From contig NW_003526940.1 of NCBI RefSeq assembly GCF_000181795.1, forward strand, positions 2,189,854 to 2,253,853: a stretch of DNA of 64,000 bases, read 5' to 3'. Source of the stretch: Trichinella spiralis (Eukaryota). Numbering within the stretch: the first letter of the stretch is position 1; the number at the start of each line of letters is the position of its first letter. The notes below the pieces were generated by a model. The model saw only the letters and a program-made list of their open reading frames with translations. It was not told where the DNA came from and did no database searches. The translations under genes and the position numbers were made by a program. Positions 27,501 to 40,588 of this stretch are shown piece by piece.

Positions 27501-29800
27501 TTAAATTTTTGTGAAAATTATATCAACTTGAAGTACAAGCATCATTTAATTACAAATTTTATTTTTTGAGTATATCCAATTTAAATAATTTTTCTTGAGT
27601 TTAAAACGAACGTTTATCCCTCCATTCATGAATTCAATAATTAATGCTGCACACTATAAGTACATGTACTATACACATGTACTTATAGTACTGGACATGT
27701 ACTGGACAGTATAAAAATAAAAATTCCATTCGTGATTTTTAAACGAGCCTTTTTCTAAATTTATTCCTTAGCAACGCAGCTGAAATTACACTTTAATTAT
27801 GTGTTAAAATTACAAAAAGCATTTCTATTTAAAAAGCTGCTCTTTCTTCTTAAAATTTTTTGAATTTCATATTTCAGATATTCCATAACAGTTAAATTAT
27901 CATATAGCCGAGTACAAAGTAATTATACTTACTGGAAGATATTTTTTCAAATAATTCCTTCAAAATTTGCATATTTTTAAAGCTCAAAGTGCATTAAAAG
28001 CGATGTTTATCTTCAAATAGTAATTTGAATATTAAATATTGCAATAAAACTTACATTTTTGATGTTTTAACAATTGTCTATCTTTTTTACTGAGAATGTT
28101 GTATCATTCAGTTAACAAAATGCTGCGTGATTCTGGTAAAGTTAACAAATAACAATGCATGTAAAATCAGTATGCAAAGAATGCAAGCTAATATGTATAT
28201 AATTAAATTTTGCTTAAAAATTAACAATTACTAGATAAATTTAGAAATTAATGTTTATGTTGCATCACAAGTGAAGTATAAGAATAGCAAAGGATTATAA
28301 TTATTAAGCATAATTGGTTTAATTATAATTAGATTTGTAACTGAACCAACAGAAAAGTCAATTATTCATGAAACAAAAAAAGCTAGTATTTAAAATCATA
28401 CCACAGTAGTACATTACAGATCATTTTATTTTCAACTCATTTAATAAATATACTTTTGATAAACTCATAATTACTAAAGAAAATTTGTATTAAAAACTGC
28501 ATCAAAAATATTGAGCTGTTTGGAATCGTTGCTTTAAATTTTGTTATTATGAATAACAAGTTTGCTTGAAAATTTCAAATGTAATATTTTTGTCTCTATC
28601 TACGAAGTTGTAGCTACTGCTTTACTTTATTTGTTTTGAGGAAGGCTTTTATTTTACCATTATAAAACTGCAAACGCAACTTTGGTAAAGTTTTATTGTA
28701 TTGCAATATAACAAATTGTGTGTTGACCGAAAATTTGTTATTACATAATTATAGTTACAAAATATTCCAACTGAAAATTGCACTATTTTTGATTACATAA
28801 ATTTTAATTTTAAAATTTCCAATCAATGAAGTTTATTGCAGTTCAACATTTCATTTGGTTTATTGCAACTCAAAGAAAACAAGAATTTATTAGCCAAAAG
28901 AACTTGAAATTTCTTTGAAAGTGTTTAAAATTGAGTTTACTATGATTTAAAAAGCAACAAAAGTGAAATGTAACTGTGTTTTCTTTGATGTTTCAGCATT
29001 TCATAAAAAATTTTCATCTTTATAAACAGTAATTTCTTAAATATTCGCATAAATCTATAATATTAAAATATTGTGTTTTTTTACTGAAATGAAGTTTTGT
29101 TTTACACAATTTTTCAAATGGTTTTAAATAATAAATGCATTATAATTATATGTAAATTAAAGAGAAAGACGTGAGAATGATATATTTAAGTGGAAATCTT
29201 GAAATTTATTTATATAATAACTTTATCATATTTATTAATTTTGTAATAAATTACATGAAATTTATTTTGCATTGCATTTTTGAATAATAAGTTACACAGA
29301 AAATACAACTGGAGGAATGCTTAACACTTGATGTAACGCGAATTTTTATTTCTCGAAGAAAGGTTTGATTCATATATTATTTGCATTAACTTTTGACAAA
29401 TGGTATTAATAATTTTTTTAAAAAAAGGTTTATTTTAATTTTTACTATTTATTAACCATTTTGGTTAGGTGATGAAAAACAAATAAGTTTCATTTAAAGA
29501 ACAGCTTTATATATTCATTTTTACTTGTGAATGGGGAACCTATTGGAGAATTAAACAAAAGCTATAGGTCATCAAATTTACTATAATATTTAAAAAATTG
29601 AAAATAAATTATAATAAAACAATTAATTATTGCATATGTAAATGATCAAAGATGTTCATACTTGTGGATACATTTGATGCTACACCTTGCATTGGAATTG
29701 CGCTTCCGTCGTTATTTTCCAAAAATGGGAATGGTGTTTCCTGTTTGATTTGGCAGAAAACTCCTGATGGTGGTGTGAAATTGGGCAATATTTGAGCCAT
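24549..29800 (-). CDS. ETS-domain transcription factor, ERG/FLI1/FEV subfamily (nematode ast-1/ets-5-like)
   Basis: Exons 29800-29662 ([21 protein letters not shown]...), 26912-26772 and 25132-24549 join through phase-1 GT-AG introns. ETS domain [15 protein letters not shown]...[44 protein letters not shown]. No pointed domain seen. Confidence 0.92.
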
Positions 29801-29849
29801 TGGATCAACTGACCAGTTGACACGCTCTTTTTAATATGGCAGAATTCTT

Positions 29850-30040
29850 TACCGCATATATGCTGTTTGTTTTCTCAAAGTGAAAAGTTGAAGTTTTCAC
29901 CTTTGCAGATCAATTTTAAAGATTTCAAATAATAATAAATGGGCGGAGTTGTCAATGCAATTACGTGGCCACAGTACGGCAAGAAATCACCACTAAGATC
30001 AGCCGTTCCTAATCGATTTCAGGTGTTCAAGCCAATCCAC
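29850..30040 (-). promoter_or_regulatory. Putative proximal promoter of the ETS gene
   Basis: Locally higher GC just upstream of the ATG, with TATATA near 29856-29861, GC box GGGCGGAGTT at 29941-29950 and CCAAT near 30032. Motif matches only. Confidence 0.3.
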
Positions 30041-33000
30041 TGCTTGTAAATATAGACAATAACATAAATGGTCAAATCCCGAAACAGTTGGACAGTGGTT
30101 AATATAATGGTAATTTATTATTTTCACCTTAAGCCTGAGCAATTTTCAAGTAAGCACTGGCACGACATCTGAATAAAGCTAAATGAAAAATTCTTTTTCA
30201 AATAGAAATAAAGTACTTTGGCAATTTTTAAAAACTATTCGATTTTATACTTCTTCTATTTGATAATTCACGCACAACTTGAAAATTTCACTTCTTTAAT
30301 TTTTACTGTGAATTATATTAAACCCTATAACCAATGGTCTGTCTTTATTATAAAACAGGAAAAATCCTTCAACTTCTCCTCTGATTCTTTACATGAAACG
30401 TAAATAAATAAAATTGCAAATACAAAAAACGTTATACAAAGTAAAATCCTGAAGAAATACGGATTCGATTAGTAGCAATTGGAAAATTTAAAAGCGCATT
30501 TTTCATTTGAAGATTTTTTAGTTGTTGCTTGCATATTGCAAATTACATTTTCTCTGCACAGCAAAATCCATTTTAGCTTAACTAATTAATATTCTGTTGT
30601 TTTCATCCCTTATTTTTGTTTTTATAATAAAATTTATTATGAATTCAGAAAAGGCATTAAAAATTGACAGCAAACTTTGTTGAGATAAAAAAAAGAAGCT
30701 TTTCTTTGTTTGCATGCTTCTCTTGAACTTTAGATCAACACTGACTAATTTATTATTACGAAGTAATAAATTTTTATTTTTCATAACTTTAATAATAGTT
30801 CATATTTGGTGATCTTGGTTTTGCGAAGTTAAATACAGAGAAAAAGTGAGAAGCTCAATATGAGTTTTGAGAAAGATTCATTTTTTTCAAATATAAATAA
30901 TTCTGATATTTAAATTTTTATCATGGCACAATTTTCATCAAAATCAACAAATGAATTTTTAATTCAAATAAACTAAATTTTGTTTAAGTTTATTGCATAA
31001 AAAATTTTAATTCTGAGTGCCACAACTTTTGCAAAATTTCATAATATTAGCCACTTTAGGAATATCATGAACAGAAATATTTGTCAAGTTTTTTTTTCAT
31101 AAAAAATAAAATTATTAACATATATAATTTATATCTAGGCATAACAGACTCATTAATTATTCAATTATATGCAAAATTTATGAGAAATGATTAAGTAATA
31201 GGTCAATATATTCAATAAAAGCAAGCATTCTCCAAATATTCAACATGAGATTATAATGAATTTTCATTTTTCAATGGTAGTTATTACATTTTATAAGTAA
31301 TAAAAACATAGTTTTCAATTAAATACTTTAGCATTTAATATTTATTAACTTTAATATGGTATTTCTAATGTGCAATGCTTTCAACATCATTTGTTTGCTG
31401 TACAAACAACAATAACTCAACAACAAACTGTTGGACTTTTTATTCTTTTTGCAATAAATAAATAGCACTTGTTTAAAGGTAAGTTTCACAAACTACTTGT
31501 ACTAAAATCACAAAAAAGTTTTTTTAGCAGTTTGACTAAACTGTCCGTGATTGTATGTGAATTGTCTGATCAAAGCGACTGACTAGTGCTTCCTATTAAT
31601 GCCTGAAAACAAAACAAGATTAATTCATCCTTAATGCTTCAAAACAAACGAAATTGATTAAAATGCAAAAAGCTGTTCTTGAGAAAATAAAATCAGGATA
31701 GTGAAATCCGTCTAAATACTTTTTTGTTTGTGCACTATAAAAAAATCTTGTTAACAATTAATCTAAATTCAATTACCACTTTATGCAAATGCTCACTACA
31801 ATGCATTTTTGGGAAGCGTTTTCCATTAAATTTGTGATTCATATCTTGTAGTTACGATAATCGATAGCTGATAAACTTTTTAACATCAATATTTAAAAAT
31901 GATGTAAAGTAGTTGACATAAACTACTGAATAGCTGCGTGTAAAAGCAAAATTAGCTGCCGTAAAATTAACAATAAGCTATTATGCTGTTTCTTTTGTTT
32001 ACCATAAAAATTAAAAATTATTTTCAGAATGTACAAATACTTATCTTTATACTAATGTAGCAAATGAGTTACATCCGCCTTACAATGGGAAGAGTGTAAC
32101 CAGATGTTTTTTGCTACAAATACGGCTTCATATAGCTGCAACAGACAATATAAAAAATTATTTAATAAAATTCAGTAAAATGGTGAATCCAGTGGGCGCC
32201 TTTCATCGTGATCTTTCTTACTAATAGTATGCACAACTTGAAAATTTGTTCACATATCATAATAAACATTAAGCTGGTTGGCGTGGAAAGAGGCAATTGG
32301 TTTTGCTGTGTGGTGTTTGGTTGTGGTTCGGCCGCATTGTGATTTAATAGAGCACGTTCTAATAAGCACTTTAATCGACTGCGTTGTAGTGGTTGCAGTT
32401 TATAATCCTGAATGCCTTTGTCAAAGGGAAAAAGAGGTCGAAAGGTCAACACACATTGCAATGACTAGGGGGATAGTCCCGAGGCGGACGCGTACCTGCC
32501 AGCCTCTACGTAAAACACGTTACATAGCGTTTCATTTTATCTGCTGTATTAACTTCTGAAACTGCTGCTTCTACTTTGCTGTGAACAGTAATAAAAATAC
32601 ATATCTTGAATATCCAAATTCCTACTGTAAGATTACTGTATGATAAAAATTGATTGATTGATTGATGAAATATAGGACGATAATAAAGATATGATTCCAT
32701 CGGTTATTGTTGACTCAGTGCAGTCGTTACTGTCAGAACAGTTACCGTGTAAGAAAACGAAGGTACATTTGTACGTTCATATGAGATCACTGTTTTACGT
32801 AATAAACCGCGTAAACGAAGACGATCGTGTACTTCTTGCTTGAACCAAGGAGTTCATGTAGAGACGTAACTTGTCTGATTCCTGTATACAGTGTCGATAC
32901 TGTGTGTGAAAACATGAACCACACGAAAGTCGAGAACACTGATTTGATGTGTATCAGCGGAAAAGAAAGACGCTGATACTTTATGCAGACTTTGAAGTAT

Positions 33001-34430
33001 TGAGAAATGAAACAACTCGATTTACCGCCCAGGATGGTGAACGATTTCGAGCGCATCTGAATTCTGAATTGACGCTCTGATACTAGACAGTTAAGATAAC
33101 CTGACAATCGAATATTTATCCCGAGTTTTTGGAACTTTCTTTAAAATTACAACTGAGAATATCCAACGCATTTTGGCAAAAAACAAAGTTGATAATAAAA
33201 TCATCTACCTTTAAAATGTACAATGGAATGTTTTTTGAAATCATTGCTTAACAATGCATAACCTTAAAATGGAAAGAAAGCAAATGTGAAGTTTCATTTC
33301 ATGCCATAATGTTCACATTTTAATATGTTTTCATAAATTAAAAAAAGCATTAAATGTCTTTCATGTTGTCCAACATTTTAAACCATATTTTAAAAAATCA
33401 TTTAATCAGTAATAAAAGTAAAAAATTTTAATTAATGAATTTGAATGAAACCATTCAATGCAATTTCAACATTTGGCTCAAGTTATAAATCTTGATTTTT
33501 TTAAATACGGTAGACATACTATTTCATTTGATTATATTTGGTAAAGTGGAAAGTTCATACCGATGAATGAATTCATAAAATTTAGGGTTACTAAATAAAT
33601 AGATATTTACATATGCTATCATGTAGAATCAGGTGTAGCATTTGTTTATATACTTAATTAACATGTCTGTAGGAAGAAAGTAACTGGTAGTTTTTTAATT
33701 TTTTGAGTTAAGTTTTGCTTTATAATTCATAATGTATTTCAAATACAAATTTCAGTTAATCAAACAAGAAAATTTTCAATATGTAATGTAATTCAAAATG
33801 TAATTATCAGTTGTTTTTAGCTCTGAAAAATAATGTTGTCAATTCAGCTAAAATAGCATTGCGAGTATAGCATGTTAAGTTTTTAATCTTACAATTTCTG
33901 TCATTTAACTGCTGATGTTTCTTATTTATCGTGGAAGACTTCTACATTGCTTAAGCTAATTGCCAAGACTGTCATAATATATTGATACTAAATATTTGAA
34001 GTGCACAAAATTCATAAATTATGTCAGTATAATCAAACATTTATTATATGAAATTATTTATTTATATTTATATTTATTTTGGTTACATTTATATATTTAT
34101 ATATTTTTCATACTGTATTCATTGTATAAATAGTGTTTATATTGTTCTTTTGGCCAAGATTAATATTGCACATGTGGTATATTATGCAAAATTATTAGCG
34201 CAGCATTTTATATAGATATAATAATAAAATACTTTGAAATCATTGTTATCTTTAATTTACTCTAATAAGTATAATTAATAAGGAGTTTCTTTTTTTTACA
34301 TGACAAAAAACTGAACTTTAAATTGATGACAATCAGGTATTATGTGACCATCATAGTGTCTTTCCAACTGTAGGTTGTTTGCTATTTTTGGTTCGCGTCC
34401 GTTGTAGTGTGGTGTTTAAAAAAATTCATC

Positions 34431-37400
34431 ATGATGATGAGTAAAAGACCTCGTTATGAAGTAAGCATTGTTATTTTTATGCATTTCTGATACATAATAC
34501 ACTTTTAAATACATAGATTCTTTTTTTATTTTGTTTTATAGAACTTTGATTTTGTTAAATGATGTTTTTTAATCTTCTTTCTTTCTTATCTTTATCATTT
34601 TTATTTTATTGAGCTTTTAACTGAATGAATAAATATGAGTGATTTCAATTTTTGCATGGAATGTTGTTTATTTTAGCTTTTTCATTTTTTCTTAAAAGAT
34701 GACCTTAATTATAGCATTGATACTTAAGCTAATTTGGGTATAAAAGTTTTTGGTAGGAGAGCGTTAGATTGTTCTGAAATTTTTTCGATTTTGATATTAA
34801 ATTTAACACATTTGATTTTGTATTGTTGACTGGAATGCTTAAATTTGACTGGCTTGTATGATTGTTTATTATTACATTTTTTTATATTTCGAACTGCATT
34901 TTTAGGGCATATTTTTATTTTTTTTATTGAAAGTACTTAATTCTTTTTATTTTTTAGATGTTGAATTCTTTATTCTTTCAGATTTTTTAAAAATTCAGTT
35001 CATTTTAAATTAACAGTTTTAATGCACTAAAGCTTTGAAAGCAGTTTATTCAAGATTATTGAGATATCTAATTGTTGTAATGCTATAATGAGGTAATGTA
35101 TAATAATACAATTTATTCAGAAACTAGTTGCGGTTTAACTGATTTTATTGTTGATTTATAAATTTATGTTGTAATTTAAGTGAATAAAAATGTTTGTTCT
35201 TCGTGTAAGGTTATCTGCTATTATTATCTTTTCTTATCTTTATGAATCTTAAATTTGTAGCTGATGATTTTTTGCGAAATGTAGTTTTTAACATTTTTAT
35301 AATATGTAAGCTTTTTTACCAATTTTTTTCATGGTCGCTCGACTGTTTTTGTCTTTAGTATTTTGATTCAAAAATCTTTATAATTGTAATGAAGCAATTC
35401 TTATCTTACTGATGATGTCATACTGTAAAGTATGGCCTTAAAATTGTTTTGTTTGTAAAAGATGAAAATGCTGAAAAGTTTTGGGCATTCAGTGTTGTTT
35501 GTTTTATCGTGTTGCCCATATTTCAGTTCCAGGGGAACACAAATTACTGAAATTAAGCTTATGTTTATGTGTCAGTAATTGTTTTTTTAAAGAATGATGG
35601 ATACATGGCATCCATGCACGATCAATATGGGGCGCAGAATCCACCAAGCAGAGTACTGCTCGTCAGAAATTTAATGGATAATGTTGTTGAAGCAGATTTG
35701 GTTGATGCATTGTCTCCATTTGGGCTTGTCAGGTAATATAATTACATTCAATATTCTATTGCTGTTAATATTGTGCGTTTAGTTACGTGAGCCTTACCAG
35801 TCGTGGTTCCGCTTTGGTTGAATTTGAAGTAAGTATTTTGAATTTTTTGCGAAGCTCACACTATTTACTGTTTTATTTGTAATAGAGTATTACTGCGGCC
35901 GAACGTTGCGTTACATTTAATGCTGTAAGCGATCAGTTATTTTTTATTCGATAAAAGTTAGCTTGCTTTTCTTTAGTCAAATGACATTCTTGTATGCAGC
36001 AAACCTGTTTTTGTATGCTTCGCTAATATGCAAGCGATTCCACGCACTGGGTAACTTTGAAAATATCTTCAGATGAGACTATATTTTACAAAAAAAAAAC
36101 AAAAGTTTAATTTATAGGCTTGAAACAGAAGCGCCTAGTAATGTGTTGATAATTTACGTTCAGAATGCGAAGTATCCAATTACTACAGTAAGAAAGAATT
36201 TGTTTTCTAATGTTTTGTTTTTAGTTTTTCTTTAAACTAACATGTTTTATAATTTATATTTTATTATTTCAGGAGGTAATACACCAAATTTGCAAACCGA
36301 TTGGCTTTGTGAATCGTATAATTATTAATCGTCGGGATGGTATACAAGCATTGGTTGAATTTCGAGATATTGAAACGGCCAGGGTGGCCAAACAAAGATT
36401 GAATGGATGCGACATTTATTCGGGCTGTTGCACTGTGAAGATTGAATTTGCGAAAGTACAATTTCTTGATTCATATAAACAAACAACAAGAACTTGTAAG
36501 GCGTATACCCCAAACGTCCCCGTAACCAATGCCCAGAAAGTATTTCCACAGTCCACTATTTTACATACCACTTGTCGCACGAAAATAACCGTAAACTTGT
36601 AATTCAATCGTAAACATGAAATATTCGTCGCATGTAACATAAACACAAATTGCAATGCATGATTTCTGTTCCTTAAGTTTTATTTATTCGTTTATTTTAG
36701 TTAATATTAACATTTATCGTTTCTTGTTTATTCATAATTTTATTTTTTTAAACAAAACTTGCAAAATATCTGTACTTATTTGTATTGTAGTTACTGCACT
36801 GCATGCTTTAGAATAGCCAAGATTTCCTTTATTTAAGGTTTTACAAATGGTGAGATAGCAGTATAATTGTATTTTATATATTTTTGCATGTTAACATCTT
36901 TGAAAATAGAATAGAAAATAGTGTATGTACAAATGTCATATTTTTATGACATTCACAGTATAATGTTTGAAATGCATTGCGACAATTTGATCATTCAAAC
37001 GAATTGAAAAATTCAATCATTCGGAAAATTCATTACATCAGTTTTGTAATTACAGATCACAGTTGCGTTACAGTTATGAGTATTTAAATTTAATGTGTGT
37101 TTCTTGTAAATTATCGAATAGACAGTGAAAATTGTTTTAATTAGTGTTAAGTGTATAAAAAATTAAATTGCATGAGTTCCAATGAAAGCGGGATGTTAAT
37201 TAAACATAATTTAGTTTTGGTATTTCAGTGAAATTACTAATTTGAACTTTTAGCAATATTTTGATTTTTGCCTAAACTTTTAGACTAATCTTTTGTTTTT
37301 ATTTAACTGGGGTCATTTTGAAGTGATCTCAGTGTGCAAGTTGCTTATATGCCCATATGTGGATCAATGAATTATTAAACTGCAGTGTTTACTGCTCACA

Positions 37401-40400
37401 GATAGAACAAATTACGCACAGCAGTCAACATATACAAAACTTTTTCATCGGCAAAACAACGATGGTTCAACGTTAAGTCAAATCAAATTAACAATTCACA
37501 TCAAAGTGCAACAAGGATTCACACCCATCATATCAGTAAGATCGTGGAATCAAAAAGAAATTACAAGCTTGATAACAACATTTATCACCACAAGATCAAA
37601 AACTGGTAGTTCGAAGAATTACATTATACATCATTACAGTTGAAGCATTTGAATTCAGTTTTATGAAATTGATTACAAATATCCTGGAACAGTCAAAAGC
37701 AAATCAGCAACTGAAAATACACAACCAGTAGGATATCTATCACATTTCACTGCAGTACTCACATTCAGAATTGTCCAGTGATCCGTAGAATACTGGACAT
37801 TATTTTCCAAAGAAAGAATACTCATCTGTCAGTATTTGTAATTTTTTATTGGAAAATTCAGTAAGAATTTCAAAAGTAAGCTGAATCTCATGTATTAGAT
37901 GTAAGTTTGATTTAAAAGATGGAATTTAATGTTTGATGTAGTTTTTATGCATGTCAGTATAGAAGGTTAACTTTATAAAAGAATATAATAATTAAAACTT
38001 GAGGATTTCACTTTTGCACTGTGAGAGTGATCTGTTCAACGATGTGTACGCACCGTGGCTTTAGTATTGATTCAGATTTATGGAATCGATTTTCGAAGGT
38101 AGACTCAACAGTTTGCATTTTGCTCAGCAGCAGCAGGTGGAAAGTTTACAGTAAAAGAAACTTGACAATCAAATTGCAAATTACTAACAGTTAACAGTGC
38201 CAGATATGAAAGAGTGGAAATAATTTTTATTATAAGTAGAATATTAATATGGGCAAAATAGATTTAAAAAAAGATTTTTTGTATTTTTTGTGAATATCAC
38301 GGCTATTATTTGCGTTGTGACATTACATTTATGACAAATATACTTCAGAATAAATAAGTCATTGGTCGAAATTACTGGATGAGAATATTTGTATAAAGCC
38401 CTATGCAGTGGATACGTGATGTAGAGCTTTTTTATACTGAATTTGAGATTAGACCGTTAGCTATTTTTGAACTGTGTTTTCTTCAAAAAGTGATATATTT
38501 GTGTGAACGATAATTTGATATTTGTGTTGTGCTTTTTCAGCAGTTTGAATGCGGTTGTTCCATATGTGTATGCAAATAATACTGAGCGTTTAATAAATTG
38601 GCAAATTTTGTTGCGTTTTACATAGATTTTAGTTGAAATCAGAATGAATATAATGTGTAATTTTTATAGCTGCACCACTTAACTGTAAAAAAGAATGAGC
38701 CTGATCAAGTGGATTACACCGGAGAGATGGGTAACAATTTTAACTCTGTTGATTACAAGAAATGCTGATTTTAACTTCTGTTATGTATTTAGAGGCTATG
38801 CCTCCACCAGCAGCTTACGGTCGTCCAATGTTTGATATGGAGAACGCATCTCCTTTTAAAGCGGGTATGTTTTTATTTTTCAGTGAATAAATGGTTTTTA
38901 ATTGATATTTTGTATTTGTTTTTTTTCTCATTTGAATTGTAAATAATTAACAATTTAGATCAGTTAGCTTCAGCAGCCGCTTTCAACCGCCCCCCTTACG
39001 ATCCTGAAGCGATGTTAGTTCTTAAAGGCGGTAAATATTGTTATTAAAATTGTTTTTTTCAGTCACAAGTTTGAGAAAAGTTATGGAAATTGATTTTTTC
39101 AGAGAAACTGCTGCCTGGTGCAGGGGCTTACAGTAGATCTCCATACGACAGCGATCCAACAATGCGACCGAATCCATTTGGCGATCGTCAGCCAGATTTT
39201 CGTGATGCTCCTTATCCGAAGCAAGCTTACTATCCAAATCGAAGAGGTGGTGATGGCTACTGCCTTCCTGAGGATATGAGCCCAAGACCAGGGCGAGGTT
39301 ATTACGATGATTTCCGCGGCCCACCAGATCCGAAAATGGGCTCTTATCCAGGCTACGGCGACGTGGACGGTGCATACCGTGGAACTTACGACGATCGCAT
39401 GAAGGACGACTTCGGTATGCACCAGGAGAGTACTGTTATCATGATCTATGGGTTGGATCCAACATCAGTTAATTGCGACAAGCTGTTCAATTTGTTATGC
39501 TTGTATGGAAATGTAATTCGAGTAAGTTACATAATATAAAGATGTTTTTGTTATTATTTTTCATTTGTAATATTTGTCATTGTGTAGATCAAATTCTTGA
39601 AGAGCAAAAATGATACCGTCATGGTGCAAATGGGAGAACCGATTGCTGCTGGTCGTGTCATAGAAAACTTACACAATGCATTGGTATTTGGCAAACGCAT
39701 TCATGTGGCGTATGTTTTTTTTATTGTTTTTTTTGTTTGTTAAATTGCACTTTCTCACTGTGTACAATATAGAATGTCACGCCAACGCCAGCTGAATGAA
39801 GTTCGAGATCCGACCGAAATGCCAGACGGTAGTTCATCTTACAAGGATTTTACTGGCAGTCGGTTTCAACGATTTACATCGCCGGATATTGCGGCCAAGA
39901 ATCGTATCACCAATCCGCAGAAGTATTTGTACTTTTTCAACGCGCCGCCAAATGTGACCGAAGAGCGATTGATTAGCCTTTTCAAAGATTCCAACGCTCC
40001 AGAGCCGACGAATGTGAAAATTTTTAATAAGAAAGGTAATTAACTATCTGATCAGTGCTAATGGCGGAAGTGGTAAATTGATAAAGTTTGAATGTGTTGA
40101 TGCGGTGATATGTCAGTTTTAGAGCTTGTGAAAAATTCCGCGGGAATAATTGAATTTGAAAACGAAGCTGCCGCTACAGAAGCATTGATGTTATGCAATC
40201 ATACGAATATAGAAAGTTATGGTAAATTATTATTGTTAATATTATTTAGTTTTTCGCTTTACGTTTTTTGTTGTTTTCTTTTTTAATCTTTGAAAAGAGA
40301 TTAGTTGTAGAAGTTTCAGGGAGTAAAAGCCCGTTTGTGCTGAAAATGTGTTTCGCTGGACCCGCGCATACGTCGGTCAGCGTCGTAGGTGGCGGCGGCA

Positions 40401-40588
40401 GCTACAGAGGGCGTGGTGAAATAGGCCGTTTCAATGGACCTGCCAGTCCGCCGAATCCTCGGCCAAGGGGCCCTTCGAGCCGCTATGGTGGTCCTCCTCC
40501 ACGTGGCTATGCACGTGAAAATTCTCGAGGAAGCTGGGGTTACGGAAACCGCGGTGCACGTGGAGTTTACAAAGCTTCGGCTCGTTGA
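34431..40588 (+). CDS. HNRNPL: Heterogeneous nuclear ribonucleoprotein L (4 RRMs, smooth-like)
   Basis: Exons approx. 34431-34460, 35592-35732, 35782-35828, 35886-35924, 35977-36050, 36117-36188, 36273-36455, 38670-38730, 38793-38864, 38959-39030, 39103-39521, 39588-39710, 39773-40015, 40123-40221, 40320-40588. Diagnostic motifs: VEADLVDALSPFG, GIQALVEF...LNGCDIYSGCCTVKIEFAK, VIMIYGLD...NCDKLFNLLCLYGNV, DGSSSYKDFTGSRFQRF, LYFFNAP, PFVLKMCFA. Confidence 0.94.

Noticed and set aside
32780..33085. Possible U3 snoRNA or RNase P/MRP RNA
   Set aside because: The conserved boxes could not be found in the right order. Kept only as an unclassified island.
33582..33590. TTAGGGTTA as a possible telomerase RNA template or telomeric seed
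   Set aside because: A single 9-mer in AT-rich sequence with no supporting structure.
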